A stretch of 64,000 nt of DNA from assembly GCA_973895155.1 (NCBI GenBank), contig OZ316891.1:19307048-19371047 (forward strand), written 5' to 3'. Below the pieces are notes generated by a model. It was not told where the DNA came from. It did no database searches and worked only from the letters and a program-made list of their open reading frames with translations. Shown here piece by piece: positions 11,559-25,649 of this stretch. Numbering within the stretch: position 1 is the stretch's first letter; each line of letters opens with the position of its first letter. A program made the translations under genes and the position numbers. The DNA comes from Marsupella aquatica (lineage: Eukaryota; Plantae; Marchantiophyta).

Positions 11559-11834
11559 CAGTGTTTTTTTTAAGGATTTTGCTTTTTTGCCAAGGTGGCG
11601 AATGTAAAGTGTGTCAAGGAGAAGATGCTCAAAAGATTCTGTATTCAATTATGTTCTTGACCGTCAGATCTCCCTAGATTTAAGGTGGACCGTTAGATTC
11701 TGGCTAAAGGGGCCTGGGATTAGGTGGAACACTGGCTAATGAGACAGCAAAAAAGTAGCGACTTTTAGCTAAAAGTGGCGAAGGATTTTGGGGAGGTGGA
11801 ATCTAGCGAATTTTCGCCACTAAAAAAAACACTG
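11559..11834. mobile_element. hAT-type MITE, 276 bp
   Basis: TIRs cagtgtttttttta / taaaaaaaacactg. Perfect 8-bp TSD gccctgat at 11551-11558 and 11835-11842. Confidence 0.92.
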
Positions 11835-11966
11835 GCCCTGATCACCACATCTTGAAGACCAAAAAAAAGTGGACACTGTCACCAAAGTCTTGTAATTAAA
11901 GCTACCCTTAGCAACAACACTTTCCTCAAGAGGGGATTCTGGCATTACATTCTCACTCTATCAAAT

Positions 11967-13078
11967 AGATAAGAATATATACATACTTTTTACAGAAAAG
12001 GGCCAAACAGAGTACAAACGAATAAACAAGAGAGGTCCCAAGTGGACAAAAACAGATGCAAAAAAAGTGAGCAAAAAGAAACCCCAAAATACCAAAGAAA
12101 AGGAACTAAAAGAAGTGAGCAAAAGGAAATCCCTAAAAACCAAAAAAGAATAATTAAAACTATCGCAAATGGACCGAGGTCCTCATCATTCCTAGCAAAT
12201 GTGGCAAAAGCTAATGGTCTACATCAAGTGTCGAGACTAAATCGGCAAGTGGGACTGGAATGTCCTCTAGGGGGGATAGCCGCTGCGGAGTCAGACTAGC
12301 ACCCACTGTTAGAGATCCATGATAGATGGCCCGAGCTTGAGCACATTGTAAGGTGACTGAAATGCGTTTGCAAAAGTGCATGGTCAAAATAGATACCGGG
12401 GGTCCGGTGGGACCCATCCGGCCATGAACATCCTGAGAAGCTTGTCGAAGAAGCCCGTCAAACTGATGATGGAGAAGCCCAAATATCTCAAGAGCGAGGG
12501 GGAGGAAACTATCAGATGAAGCTCGTGCAACATATTTGGCCTCCTTCGTTGTTGCTGCTCGTGATGTTGCTGCCCCTACCGTTGTTGCCACTGTCCCAAT
12601 GATGTCTTTGCGCAATGGGTTTGCCACCACTACATCTGCCAAAGTACGTTGACCCTCACTTACCATGGTAAGATCCACCCGTAACTGCTGTGATGGAGGA
12701 CGAGGTAACTCAAGCACCACCTCCCACCGCACGCAGACCAAAGAGCTAGAGAGAACCTGAGCAATCGCATCTCTCATACCGTCGTGAACAAAAATGGTTT
12801 TGCCTCCCAAACTACACCTAAGAAGATGGACACCTTTGGCATCACAAGGCTTCCCACAAGTCCAAGAAGGAGGTAAACCAACAATAAGTGGGTGGGGCAA
12901 GCCCATACGAAGACGCATGGCTGTCGCAAACTCCACTGAAGACATCCGCAGGTGAGGAATGACTGGATTGGCTTGAAGCCATCCTCCTGCGCCCTTCCCT
13001 TTGGAAGAAAGAATCCGAGCTCGGTCCATGTCAGGTGCCTCGGTGAGGATGCTAGAGAGGGTGAAAGCGTGCATACGC
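11967..13078 (-). mobile_element. 5'-truncated CRE-like non-LTR retrotransposon (RLE endonuclease C-terminus plus T-rich 3' UTR)
   Basis: ORF 12211-13074 has AGGWL..P...RM...EF..A.RLR.G, a zinc-knuckle-like CG...D..G.H...C..G....HD..RD, and R.D...D...K..KY...F.PLA.E.FG (PD-(D/E)xK RLE). Candidate 9-bp TSD ctatcaaat at 11958-11966 and 13079-13087. Confidence 0.8.
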
Positions 13079-13397
13079 CTATCAAATGATCATCGATTAG
13101 GTTAAGGACCACAAAAGAAAGGGCTGCCTACGTACAATACAACCATTATAGCTATCTTGCATGTTGATGGCCCTCAAAAACAATTGCCCCCCCAAAATCC
13201 CTCAAATTTGGGGATAACCCTTGAGATCCTGACCACACATCCTCTCATCTGTGTTTTTCCAAAGTTGGGACTACAAGGGCCAAAAAGTTTACAGACCATC
13301 CTTGGCCTTTATCTTCCACTTAAAGAAGCTCTGGAGCTTGGCAGATGATCGAGGCCATTCAGACACAATTTTCTCCTTAAGTAATACTGGCCAGAAC

Positions 13398-13729
13398 CTT
13401 GGGGGGGGGGGGGTCATTACTGGAGGACCATACATCATGTGCGATGTTTTAGGGTTTGACCGCCCTAACTTATAATTGAAAATTTTTTTTTTACAAAACT
13501 CTTTATTTCTTTAATTTTGTCATTTTTTACTAAAAAACCCCTAAACACTTTGAAAAAAGTATTTTTTACAATTAAATAGGCCTATGTGTTCTTTAAAGTT
13601 GATTAGTCAGTAAAACATGCCCTATGTGTTCTTCCACCAAACTTTGGAAGTCTTTAGCCACACCTATTTAAATGGGCCTATACATGGTCGCACATGATGT
13701 GCCACTTTCGTGGAAGTGACCCCCCCAAG
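13398..13729. mobile_element. MITE with cttggggggg termini and 8-bp TSD
   Basis: Termini cttggggggg..gtca / tgaccccccc-aag and subterminal inverted acatcatgtgcga / tcgcacatgatgt. gccagaac is duplicated at 13390-13397 and 13730-13737. Confidence 0.8.
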
Positions 13730-14292
13730 GCCAGAACATTGACTTAGGGCTGTAATTTGAAGGGCCACACACACACAAGACAAATCTTAATACAAAAGAA
13801 AATGGTACTTGAGTAAAAAGTAACCCTTTAAAGCGCTCCATGCGGTTGCAATGGTCGATTGGAGAATCTTTTCAAACGTAGTGGTTCATGAGAGCTTCAC
13901 TTTCAGGAAATACTCAATGCCAAAATATTATTCTCCTTTTTTGTTTCTTAATTTTAAACACAATGTATACACTGAAAATTCAGTGCTTAAGTCACTATGC
14001 TCAAAATGTTTTTAAAATTTGTATCATTAAATTATTCTTAGTTGCCATAAGCACCCTAAAATTATCATTCAGGTCCAATATATTAGTGATTATTAACTTT
14101 TTGCTTGAACCAGGATGGCACTACCACAACATGCTGTCCAAGCCTTCACCATATTGTTTGTACAAAAGTTGAAATAATGCATATGATTACCAGTTTAACT
14201 ATAGGCAGAGTGGTCAGGGGATGGAGGACGAGGTCAATTCTGCAACAACCCCAGATACTCTAGACTAGAGTAGTCCATACACTGAAACAAAG

Positions 14293-15617
14293 GTGATATA
14301 TTCCAGTAAAATACTTGATGGGCCCCTCTAGCTAAAGATATTAGGAGCCCCTAACTTTTCAAATATATTTAATGGGGCCCCTCGTCTCTGTAACCCTTCC
14401 TTAGGACCTGTCATATTATTTTTTCCATTTTTTAATTGTAACATACTATACAACTATGTATGTCAATCTAGATTATATTGTCTAGAAGCAATTCAATGTA
14501 CTCTTGTTTGAAAATTCATATATAGCTTATGTACAAATTTTTTTGGCCTTCTCACTCCCATTTTCATTTGTTTCATGTTTTGAAATACTTCTGCAAGGGA
14601 AGTATTGTTGTACTTAAGGCCGAGACTTAAGGTACTTAATTTTTGGTTTCTTTAATTATTTTCTCTCAATTTTTTGAAATTACTTATATCTGAAATTATT
14701 TCTCCAAAACATAGTCTTACCTGAACTTTAGGAAGGTGAACCAATGATTTTGGATGCTATCCGGGTGCTATTTGGGTGCTATATTTTGAAAGTTTTTTTT
14801 TGCAAATAAATCATGTGGAACTTAAACAATTAGTTGATACTATTTTTCCAATTTTTTTTGGAAATATTCACCTTAGATGTGAGCATTTCCTTGGTGTCAT
14901 TTTGTGATATTTGTTTTTAGATGTGAGCACCTAGGTAGAGTATTTCAAGAAATTTACGCAATGCCATTGAGTTAAACAACAATTTGATTCTTTAGCTTAG
15001 AACACAAGGCATTAATTGAATTCACAAGGCATCAATTGAATTCATAAAAATGAGCATCTAGGATGCACATAGTAACAAATATTAAAGCAGTTGTATGACT
15101 TTATAATTTTGAGCTCAATGCTGGTGCAACAACCACAAAATTAGCTATCCAAATCATACATATCACAATATATTCAATAAATAAAGAGAATAAGTACTCT
15201 ATACTTTCTGTGCAGGAGTAATTTAAAAGTAACAGGGGCTAAATGCTTTGTACATATATTATATACTTATTTTAAACAAGAGTACACCAAATTGCTTCTA
15301 GATAGTACATTGTCAATCAGTAAACAGGGGCTACTTGCTTTGTACATATATTATATACTTATTTTAAACAAGAGTACACCAAATTGCTTCTAGACAGTAT
15401 ATTCTAGATTGACATACATAGTTGTACAATATGTTACCATTAAAAAATGAAAAAAATAATATAACAGGTCCTGATAAAGGGTTCAAGGGACAAGGGGCCC
15501 ATTAAGTATATTTGAAAAGTTAGGAGGGGTCCATTAAGCATATTTGAGAAGTTAGGGGCTCGTCATTAATATCTTTAGCTAGAGGGGCCATCAAGTATTT
15601 TGATGTAATATATTCAC
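14293..15617. mobile_element. Long-TIR (Mutator/foldback-like) non-autonomous element
   Basis: The arm at ~14293-14540 is the diverged reverse complement of ~15335-15617 (e.g. aaaatacttgatgg-cccctctagctaaagatatta vs taatatctttagctagaggggccatcaagtatttt). No clear TSD. Confidence 0.75.
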
Positions 15618-16016
15618 TGAATTTGATTAGAGTGTACTTGGGATTTCATATCTTTCAGTGGCACTCTAGCAAAACCCAGATTCAAAACGTGATTCAAACA
15701 AGTAGCCATTAGAGCATGGGTATATACACCAACAATATACATCGACGATTTCTCCATTTGTCACTGGAATTAAACGCTTCTTGGTCAATAAACAATAAAA
15801 AAAAAAAAAAAAGAAGCTTTTTCAATTATCTATTGTTTGACCTATGGGTATGTTTTTTAGGTTTAGTATCCACGTCAGGGATTATCATTGACAGAGTTTA
15901 TCCTTTCTGTTTGGTGGCTCGTGGACTGGTCACCTGGCTCAGATGTGACATGCCCTACTTTGTCCTATGGTCTGTGTGGGAGACCTTATGGATATGCATT
16001 GTGCAATGTCATTCAC

Positions 16017-16145
16017 TCCCCTTGTATTATACCCTACTGCCCTCTATCAAGGTACAACTGCTGTAGACTTGTAGATTTTAAGTCCCCTTGTATTATACCC
16101 TACTGCCCTCTATCACGATACAACTGCTGTATACTTGTAGATTTT
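16017..16145. repeat. Tandem duplication, 66-bp unit
   Basis: tccccttgtattataccctactgccctctatca...caactgctgta.acttgtagatttt occurs twice. Confidence 0.85.
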
Positions 16146-18815
16146 GAGTAAGGAAATATCGTTAGTTGGAAAGAAGTGTCCTCTTTTGGTTTGTCGCTTG
16201 GGTGGGTGACCAAAGCCAAAGTAGAAGAAAGTGTTGGAGGAAGACAGTTGCTCAAAGTCAAAATATCTCCAGGTTTTCTAACCAGTCACCCTGTCAAAAT
16301 GAGTGTAAAAAAAGAAAAAGGGTTCAATGATTGAAGATGGTCAAAGGTTCAAGACAATAAATCAGGATAGGCAGAATCTAACTAATTGGAAAAATTTGTG
16401 CACTTTATACCTCAAAAAACTATTGATTGGAGACTGAAAATTGTCTCATTTTCTGCAAAAGAAGACCGATGAGTAAAAAGGATTATGTCAATTGAAACGT
16501 GTTACTTGGGTTTGTGTGGATGAGGGGTTGAGTGTTTTTGTGAGGTGATGGTGAATATACAACTCTTGAATGTTCTACATTTTTCCACCAAACAAATTCT
16601 CTTCATGGCGGATAGTGACGTACGCAAAGACTTTAGATGCTATCAACCGTATGAGATCAGGGTAGAAACCATTATGATAATTTCAACCTTGTTTCCAAAT
16701 TTTGCCTTGCTTCCAAAATTAAAAAACCCGAGCCACTATGAGCAGGGGTACTGTGCAACCATTTGTACAAACATTTAATATTAGCTGCTCTCACTTATAA
16801 TAAATTCAGACAAATAGAAATCCTTCTCATGATTCAATTTTAGTTATCACTGTACTTGCAACCCCAGATAAAGATGACAAGTGGCTTATGTTACTGAGAA
16901 TTGCTTACCATGACAACAACAAAAAATGTATGTTTGCATGTTATCAAGAATGACAGGAAGATATTGAGCCAAGGAATTGCTGGGCAGGAGAGGAAGTGTT
17001 ATCAAGGTGTTGTTGTTGTCGGGGTTGATGCACAAATATTGTCAAAGCAAAACCTAGTCAGTGACATTGTATGCCAGGTCGGGCCATGGCATGTACGGTG
17101 CTGCTGACCATTCATCAAGGGGACAAGGCAGGGATGTGAGGATCAACAGTGTAGTTAGAATCCACCATTAGCCCAAAAACTTTTGATGCAACTTTGAAGC
17201 ACTACCGGACTCAATGGACTCTTGTCCCTGTTGATCTCTTCCTAAATTGAAATCTATATTAATCAATTGACAAGCAAGTTTCAAGCACCCACAGCACAAG
17301 GGAAAAATATTGGAATCTGTTGTCATTGTTGGCCAGTTAAATTTGTCTTTTCTTAAAAGCTCAAGAGTTTATTCATACAAGGAGAGTTAATATTCTTCTT
17401 GTTCAACCTATGAGTTTCAAGTGCCCCTACAGTGCAAGGCAAAAATACAAGCATCACATAATGTAGTCACTGTTTGTGAGCTAAGTTTGTCATTTCTTAA
17501 CAGCTCAAGAGTTTATTGATAAGAGGGATGAAAGTATTCTTTGGTCCAACTTATGAGCATTTTACTCAAAGTCCTTGGAGGCTCATTCAAAATTAGTGTC
17601 ACTAACACTAACTATAGTAGATAAACTGTGTACACAACCCTACCCTTGTTACTGAGGTCTAGATTTTGAGATCCCACTCATTGACCTGAATACAGTTTCT
17701 TGACCATGAAAGAAATATCGGGCCACATGTGAGAGAGTACGACACCAAGGAGATATTGTCAAAACTGCATATGCCTAGAAGGATGTCATGCCCTGGGACA
17801 GTGCCTCTTATGCACATCGGCATGTCCCTCGCATGCCCGCTAGGTATGTACTTAGGGCTAGTGTACTACTTGAGTTAGCGACATGTTCTTATAGCAAATT
17901 CCAGGCGTTCTTGAAGCAAACGTGCTTGTTAGTGTGACGTCAAGACTTTGTTTACTTAGGGCATGTATTTTTTTGTTGGTATTCAGTTCTTCTTGAATCG
18001 CTGTTGACATAGCTCAGACAGTGCTCGTCGGTTCTGTACACGGGATTCACACAGTGATTCATTAGATGCTCCCGACCGATCTTGGCATCCTGCCGGTTTT
18101 CGATTCGATTTCAGTACGCTTGTTTCTCTTGCGCCTTTTATATACAAAGGTTTACACCTCCACTACGTACATACCACTTCATTTGCTTTTTCTTGGCACT
18201 TGTAAATGTGATGAGACTTTTTCTATGCATGTTTGTTGCTAGCAGCTTGCATATGTGCATTGTCGGTGCCTTGTATGTTTTTGATACACTATGGTTACGA
18301 TACTATATGTCATGACAAGGAGCCAATCAGACACAATAATATTTCAATTAGCCCATTGCTCATGTTTTGCACAGTGTTGTCAACAGTAAGTGATGTTAAC
18401 CAGAAATGTTGTCAAGAACAAGTGGGATGGCCAATTGGATGCCATGGGGAGTCGAATGGGTCTGACAACTGGATTTTAAGGAGCATGTCAGCTATATGGA
18501 GAGTGACAAGTTCTAGATGGAAAAGGTGCACAATGGCACCATTAGGTCCATCTCATGATTAGGAAAGTATGTCATCATAATCCAACTGATTTGGAGGCTT
18601 CCCCACCAAAGCAACATTTTTTCAGCAGGCCCTGAGAAAGAAATTGTGAGATTCCATATTGTAGTGTTTACATTAGATATAGAGTGCAGCCAAGAAATTG
18701 CCAGCGAAGTGCCCATATTAGAGCCACTGTAAAATCCTATCATTGCTACCTCTTCTTTGATCGATGTTTCTGACCAAGATCTATAGGTACATTGTCTCAA
18801 CCAATGCAGTCCTTC

Positions 18816-20974
18816 TTAAAACACGTGAGGTATCAAAACGCATCTATCCCTGGGGAACCGATCAATTTTCTTCAGGTACCATTTCTTAGTACTATAACTT
18901 CTGGAGCTTAGATAGAAGAGGACAAAGATAAAATTGGCTGCTGCACAATAAGTCTGTGCTATCAAAGTGATCCCTGCGAAAATAACAATTTCAAATATGT
19001 AGTGAGGAGCAACAAAGACACCAAACAAACCTCCTTCTGGGATCACGTACTTTTTGTCACCTTCCTTGCGCAAGCCCCTTAATAAAACGTGGTGGTAAAA
19101 GTTTCCAAGGATCCCTACCAAGAAGAGTACTACACCAACCCAAGTCAAGTCTAGAGCTGGAGGAGTTAATGGTTCGGACTTCTGCTGCGCCAAGTTCAGA
19201 TTTGCAGTGATCGTGCAATAGTTAACACTAATAATAATTGACGAAATGAGTCCCGTCTTGCCAGAGTAATGATGCAGAAAAAGGGTCTGCAGATTCCAGC
19301 CATACATCCACGTCAAGATTAGAATCTATGTCGATTACGAGAAAAATGTCCAGTCTCATCATTTTATTTTTGTTACCTGCCACCCTTCTATAGCACTAAA
19401 TCAGGTCATTTGCCTTAGCAATGCAAATCGAAGAAACCTATTCTCAATGTCAGTTCTCAATATCTTTGCCCCTGCTACAATGACTTCAATCCATAATCTG
19501 TTAGATCTGCTCTCACGTTAAGAACGTTTCATAACAAATTACGAAGACATTTTCAAGATGTGCACACTTAACGAATTTATTGAGTCAGTGCACAGAATGT
19601 CTCGTACACACAGATGGCTTTGTACTTGGTCAGTCATTAAAATTCACTGAGGTTAGACCTGTAAAGCAAAATTTTGATGATATTTCAAGGAAAGGCAGGG
19701 GTTATTGATTTGTAAAAATGTTATTTCCCCTCCATTAACGTAGAATATTTGTTTGTTTTGTTTTTGAAAATAAGTGTTTATTAGAAAAGCCACACACACC
19801 CCAAACGGAGACAAAACGCCAACAATAGGAAAGTTCTTGTAGTCTCGGTTTAGTAGTTTCGACATAACAGGCAAACACGGTAAAGAAGTTGACATAATTT
19901 AGCTCCTGCAGAAACTCAACCCAGTTCTCAATCCATAGAAAGAAAAATTTCCCAGACATAGATCATAATGTCATCTGCCGCAGCAGAAGTGTCTGCGTAA
20001 ACCGTAAAGAGCACTTCGAGATTCCAGCTGAATACTGGATTGAACTGTCAGGCTTTGAGCAGGGTTTCTGATACTGGCTCTGTTTAACACATTTTATGAC
20101 ACACAAGTGCAGCAAAATCACAGACATGAATTCAGAGAATTCCTTCACGATTTATTTCAGCACATGACAGAGAAGAATCGAGAGAAACTCCTTTCACGGT
20201 TTATCATATAACAATTGGAGAAACTACTAAGCAATTTCTCCAATTCAGTACTTGCGGACTTGACGTCAACTGTATTTTGCGGGTATGACAATTGACGACA
20301 TCTGTTGAGGTAAAAAGGAACGCAAACCTCTCAGTGTCTTTCCAGAAACTGGGTGGACAGTGGAGAAATATGCAAATGGGTCAACTCATTTCGACAGGCA
20401 ATCGACAATCCGAGTGCACCACCACAAAATACCAAAAAAAGGGATAAAGGAAGGAAGCCACATCAAATTCAAGTGTGCGTTACTCTCCGTCAAACAGAAT
20501 CCAGGGAGATACTGTGAAGGACAAACTCAAAGACAGAGGAAAAGAGGGAAAACAAGATGATTGGTAGACTTTTTCTCTCTTTTAGAATGTGTATGAGATT
20601 ACTTAAAGAGTAAGAAAACATACCTCCAGTACCCTCTTCACAAACTGCAGACACAGAGCGGCAGAGAGGAGGATCTCTTTGAGGCTGCCGGTGGCATTCT
20701 CACGCCACCCAGTATTGTGTAGAAGCTCGTCCGCAAAGAACCAGGCGGCGAGAAGAGCCGCAGGAGCGTAAATCATCAACATTCCGATCCTGCTTGGCAA
20801 CTGCCTTTTCTCGTATCTGGATTCGCTGGTGAACTTGGAGTAAGCCTGGCCGTAGCCCGGCTTCGACTCATTATTCAAAACAATTGGTATCACGGCGATA
20901 ATCGAAAGCACCTCAACTACTTTGAAGTATGTGAACCAGCCCGAGTCAGCATGATCGTATAGAAGATATCCCAT
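18816..20974 (-). CDS. 3-oxo-5-alpha-steroid 4-dehydrogenase / steroid 5-alpha-reductase family membrane protein, 2 exons
   Basis: Exon 1 20974-20624 (YSKF...LPSRIGML.IY.PA...QFVKRVLE, donor gtatgt). Exon 2 19286-18816 (TLFLHHYSG...GNFYHHVLLRGLRK.G.K.Y.IPEGGLF..V.PHY.FEI...WYLKK...FP.DR..LIP.VF). Confidence 0.9.
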
Positions 20975-23699
20975 CGTGTAGTTGAGTCACTACGAATCTG
21001 ATATGGTGGTGTTTCTGCTCAACAGTGCTCGCTGAACATCTCTGCTGGTGCAATAGCATCAACAGAGCCAGCCCTCCCTCGCTTGGCCGAAGGAGTCTAA
21101 TGGGCACGAGTTTCTGCTTCCTTGAAGTCCAATGAGCTGAAATCAATTTGAAGAGAGATCAGCAGTCGTCAATGTGGATTCATGGTGGTCACTGCCAGAA
21201 TTTTGGCAAGTTCACGAGTTTCTGCTATCTCGAATCCTAAAGGACTCAAGTGAATTCAAAGCGAGTTCAGCAGTAGTCTGCCAACAGCAATGGCCGGATA
21301 TGGAATATTGGAGATCACTGTCATGAGAGCAAATGATTATATTTTCCCCTGGACATGAACGTTTTATCAAAAGGTCAGTTAATAAGTGGTTGGCGAAGGG
21401 ACAACTAGATGTGATTGTCTCGCGACACTTGTGTGGATAAATTGCTTGCACTAGAGAACTTACTTGGTGGGCATTAGGTGGTGGAGGAATTATGTTACAA
21501 GCCCGCAGGTGCATGCGCATGCGGGTGTGTGTGTTGGGGACGAACACTGCTATTACACTTGACAACGCAGTCCTATTATGCCATCCCGGTTTGCCCTACT
21601 TTAGCACAAAACATTAATTATCATTTTCTTCCAGTAAATGATGCAGAATCACAATCCCAAATGGACCTAGGAGATTGAGCTGTGAACGGGACTGGGACTG
21701 TGAAGCCCACATGGATTTTCCAAAGCATGAATGGAACCTTGCTGAAAGTCTGAAAAGACTCACCTATGACCAACTGGCTTTGGTCAGTTGGCCAGAGGAT
21801 GAACCCAAAATCCAAAGGTCCGAGGTCCAATAGTTCCCTCCACACATAAGGGGTGTGGAGGGTATGTGTGTGTGTGTGTGTGTGTGTGGGGTGTAGTGGT
21901 GGGAATATTGATTATCTTCTCAGCCCTGGTTGCCCACTTTGGGTTCTGGTTTAATTGTCTCTCCCTCCTCGTCTGGGTCTTTGTGGGATCCCTGGGTACT
22001 GTCCCCTTGTGGCTGCCCTACATAAAAATGCATGCTCCAAAGCAGGACATGTATCCTCTGTTGGATGGGTCTACCTTTGGTTGTCAACGCAAAAAGAAAG
22101 ACCCAGGTACGGAAGCACCTTTTACAGTTTTAACCAAAGTGTGAGCTGTAGACGGGCTCCTGCCCATTTGCAGCCAGTTTCAATTAGTCTACCTGGTGGT
22201 AAGTACAAGCTCATGCCAAAGTACTCAAGGTGTCCTTTACAAAAGTGAAATGTCCTTTACTAAAAATAGGAATGTTTCTGCTCATTCCCAAACTACTCAG
22301 GGTGTTCTTTACAAAAGTGAAGTGCCCCTTGATAGTTGGTTTAGAGTATTTGACCAATCTTGTATTTGTCAAAGATGGAGCAAATGATCCTCAGAAAATA
22401 TCTCAAACTTTCTCAGGTAATTGAACATTAGAGACGATGCTGATCAAATTCAAGATCAAACAGAGATACCAGAGTGGTCCAACAAATACACGTCTACCAC
22501 AAACTGGGATTTCACATCTGGTTAAGGCATCTAGAAAAAGTACTAGGTAGGTCCTCAAAAGTGAAGCGTTCTTCCAAAAACAACAAGTCACTTGACAAAA
22601 GCCGCATTCCGGGCTTTATATTCAAAATCATGCAACTTGCTCTAAAATATTAAACTCCTTATTAGTTTTTACCTCTTGAAAGCAATGTATACTCTGAACA
22701 GTAGGTGTTTACATCAAGACACATCGAATATTTGGAAACATTTACAAACTTTTCTCAGATTTCACAATACTTTGTCAGCCTAAAATTTAAATGATTATTT
22801 CATTAATCAGGATGGCTACAGTACTTGAAATCTCTAAGTGCTTGGTCTTCATGGAACAAGATATGAACTCCCTGGCAGCCCAGCTTCAGCTCCTGGTTAG
22901 GCTGGATTGGAGACCAGATTTTAGGGTTTTAAGAATCCTTGGCTTTTTGGCTCTTTGGTCTTCCTCCGTCCTACCCTTGTTTTCTCCCCTTTTCAAGTTT
23001 GGTGTTTGTCTCCTTTTGTTTTCATTACATTGTATTTTGTTTTGCCATTTTTGTATGTACTAGAGGTGCATTTGTTTCTTATCGTGTCTCATCCCTCTGG
23101 GATCTTGACCTCTTTTGCCTTTACCACATTGTGCTTAATTTTTTGGACCCTTTTTGTAAATACAATGAAGTGCATCTTTTTTATTGTGTCTCATGCTTTT
23201 GGGATCTTGGTTGCTTGTTGCTTTTTGGCGGTGTTATTATTTAGACTAGTCTGTCTGCCCATTCTTTGAACAATCATAAATAGAGCTGAGGCAAAAAAAG
23301 ACCTTGCAAGAAAAAAGATTCATAATTGTTCATTACGGACCCCCATTAGGGGTCTCTTGCAAATTCTCTGCCATGAGGTTGCGCCACATCACCATAACCA
23401 GCCACAAACAGGAATGATCCTACTTTTAACAATAACGAACGTGCACATTCCTGTTTGTGGCAGAAGCAACGTAATTTTTTGGGCGCCATGCCGTAAATAT
23501 TAAACGTAAAAAAAACCAAAATACAAAGGAAAAGATGTCATTTAGTAAAACAAAGTTACCATTTTGACGTTTGTCAAAGATATATCAGTGTTTTATATCA
23601 AAATGCTTGTATTTTTTAATTGATTGCAAGTTTGAAAAAAATAATCGATAGAAATGTACATAGTTAAAACCCATTTGGCTTCACATTGTAAAACTAAAT

Positions 23700-24170
23700 A
23701 ATAAATCTCCTTACTACTTGATAAAATATGTCAATGTTTGATTCATTGGAAAACTCAAGATCAAGATTTAGAAACTAACTTGTGACCTCTTTAGTAATGT
23801 CTTGATAAAATCTCTCAATGTCACACTCATTGGAAAGCTAAAGTCAAATTAAAAACTCATCATGTCCTTAGTACTTTACAATATCTATCAATGTTAGGTT
23901 CATTGGAAAGCTAGAGAAATTTAGATACTCATGATCTCTTTATTTCTTACAAATAATCTCAATGTCACACATTTGAAAACCTCCTGATCTCTTGAGTACC
24001 GTGACAAAATCTGACATGAAATTTGTCAATGTCAGACTCAATGTTGGAAAGCTAAAAGAATTCATGAACTCATGATCAAAATTTCTTATATTCACACTCA
24101 TTGGAAAGACGAAGAAATTCAAAAACTCATATAAAACTTGACAAAATTTGGCAACTTGAGGCTCATTAGA
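23700..24170. repeat. Degenerate AT-rich tandem repeats
   Basis: Recurring tcaatgt(c/t)agactcattggaaa(g/a)ct..a motif at roughly 70-85-bp spacing. Confidence 0.6.
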
Positions 24171-25649
24171 AACCCTTTCTCGATTAAGAGATATCACAAT
24201 CTTGTCACCGTCACAAACTTAGCTACTACAAATTGATTTCTTTGATTACGTCGCCATCGCTTGGCCAAAATGCTTGCTTCCCGGCTTGAATTGTTTGCAT
24301 CTCTTAGATAGTCTTCAACCAAAGCTCACTCTGAACACAAGTTGACGCCAAATGCAGCCTTTATGTCAAAGAAACAATTATTGGTCTTCCCCTCACACCA
24401 TAGCTTTCTTAAATAAAAATAACTACAAATCCTTTGTGTGAAGTGATGGCTCGTTTGTTTTGTGTGTTCTTCCCACCGAATTGACAAGCGCTCTTTTGCC
24501 AACAGCTGAGTGTTGTGCTCCAATCTGTCTTGTGGCGGTAATGCTCAATGTAATTCACAAACAATCAATCAAGAATGGTTGAAAGATGATTTCTCCAATG
24601 TGTAAGCAAAACCTATCAAAAAACTCAATTCCTTCACATTCAAACTTCCGTTTGATAAATCTCTATCTTTTGAGCATTTGTTTTTGTAGGAGCACACACC
24701 AACACCATCAGGAGCTAGACTCCAAACTGTCGGTTATTGTCTTGATGAAAATTGATTTCACTTAATCACATACACATTCCTTGGATGAACATGGAGGTCC
24801 ATGGATTAATTGTCATATGTTCCGAATTAGTCAAGTGCATGTTCTTTTGTAGCATAAATAGAGGTGAGTGCAAAAAATACCTTCCCAAAGCAAGAACCCT
24901 TACTACAATTCTTGCCCAATCCTTGTTTTCGAGCCTAGACCCCCACTTTCAATTATGCCCCACTCTAGAAACTTCACTCATACAGTAGGCTCTGACAATA
25001 GCTTTCTTTCCATGATAATTACAGAAAGATAGATAGATATCATGCATTGCTACAGTTGTCATTCATTCTACAGTAGACACTGGGTCCTCTAGAATCAGGT
25101 CTTCTAGACACACTTATACCTTTCCATTCACAGGAAAAGATCTACCAAGCATTTCAGTACATGGCCCAGTAGGGCTCTTGTTCTTTGGCCGTATATAAGG
25201 TGAGGTTTGGCCATATAAGCTTTTTTTGGCTTTTTGGCTGTTCAGCATTTTGGCTCTTACTTTTTCTGGTTTTCTCCTTTGTTATTCCCCTTTATTGGGT
25301 TTATTCATTTGCCTTTGGTATCATGTCTCCCTGTTTGGCGTTTTGTTCCTTTGCAGAGAGATATATATATCTATATCTATATATATAAGCTCAATCATAG
25401 TAAGGAGTTGACTTAAAAGGCCTAGGAGCCAATGTTTGTAAGAACTTTAGCGAGTTTTGGTTTTGTATTATTGAGAGCATTTATCTTCTATAGTCCACAC
25501 CTTGCTTAGAGGGGAGAGTTATGCAATGTCCCATCAATCTAGGAGTATGTAGCTCAAAATATGAAAGTTTCACAATATAATACAAAAATGGCCTGAAATT
25601 TAGAGTTTCATCTTCTTCTTTCTTTACAACGAGTTCAATACCCATGCAT

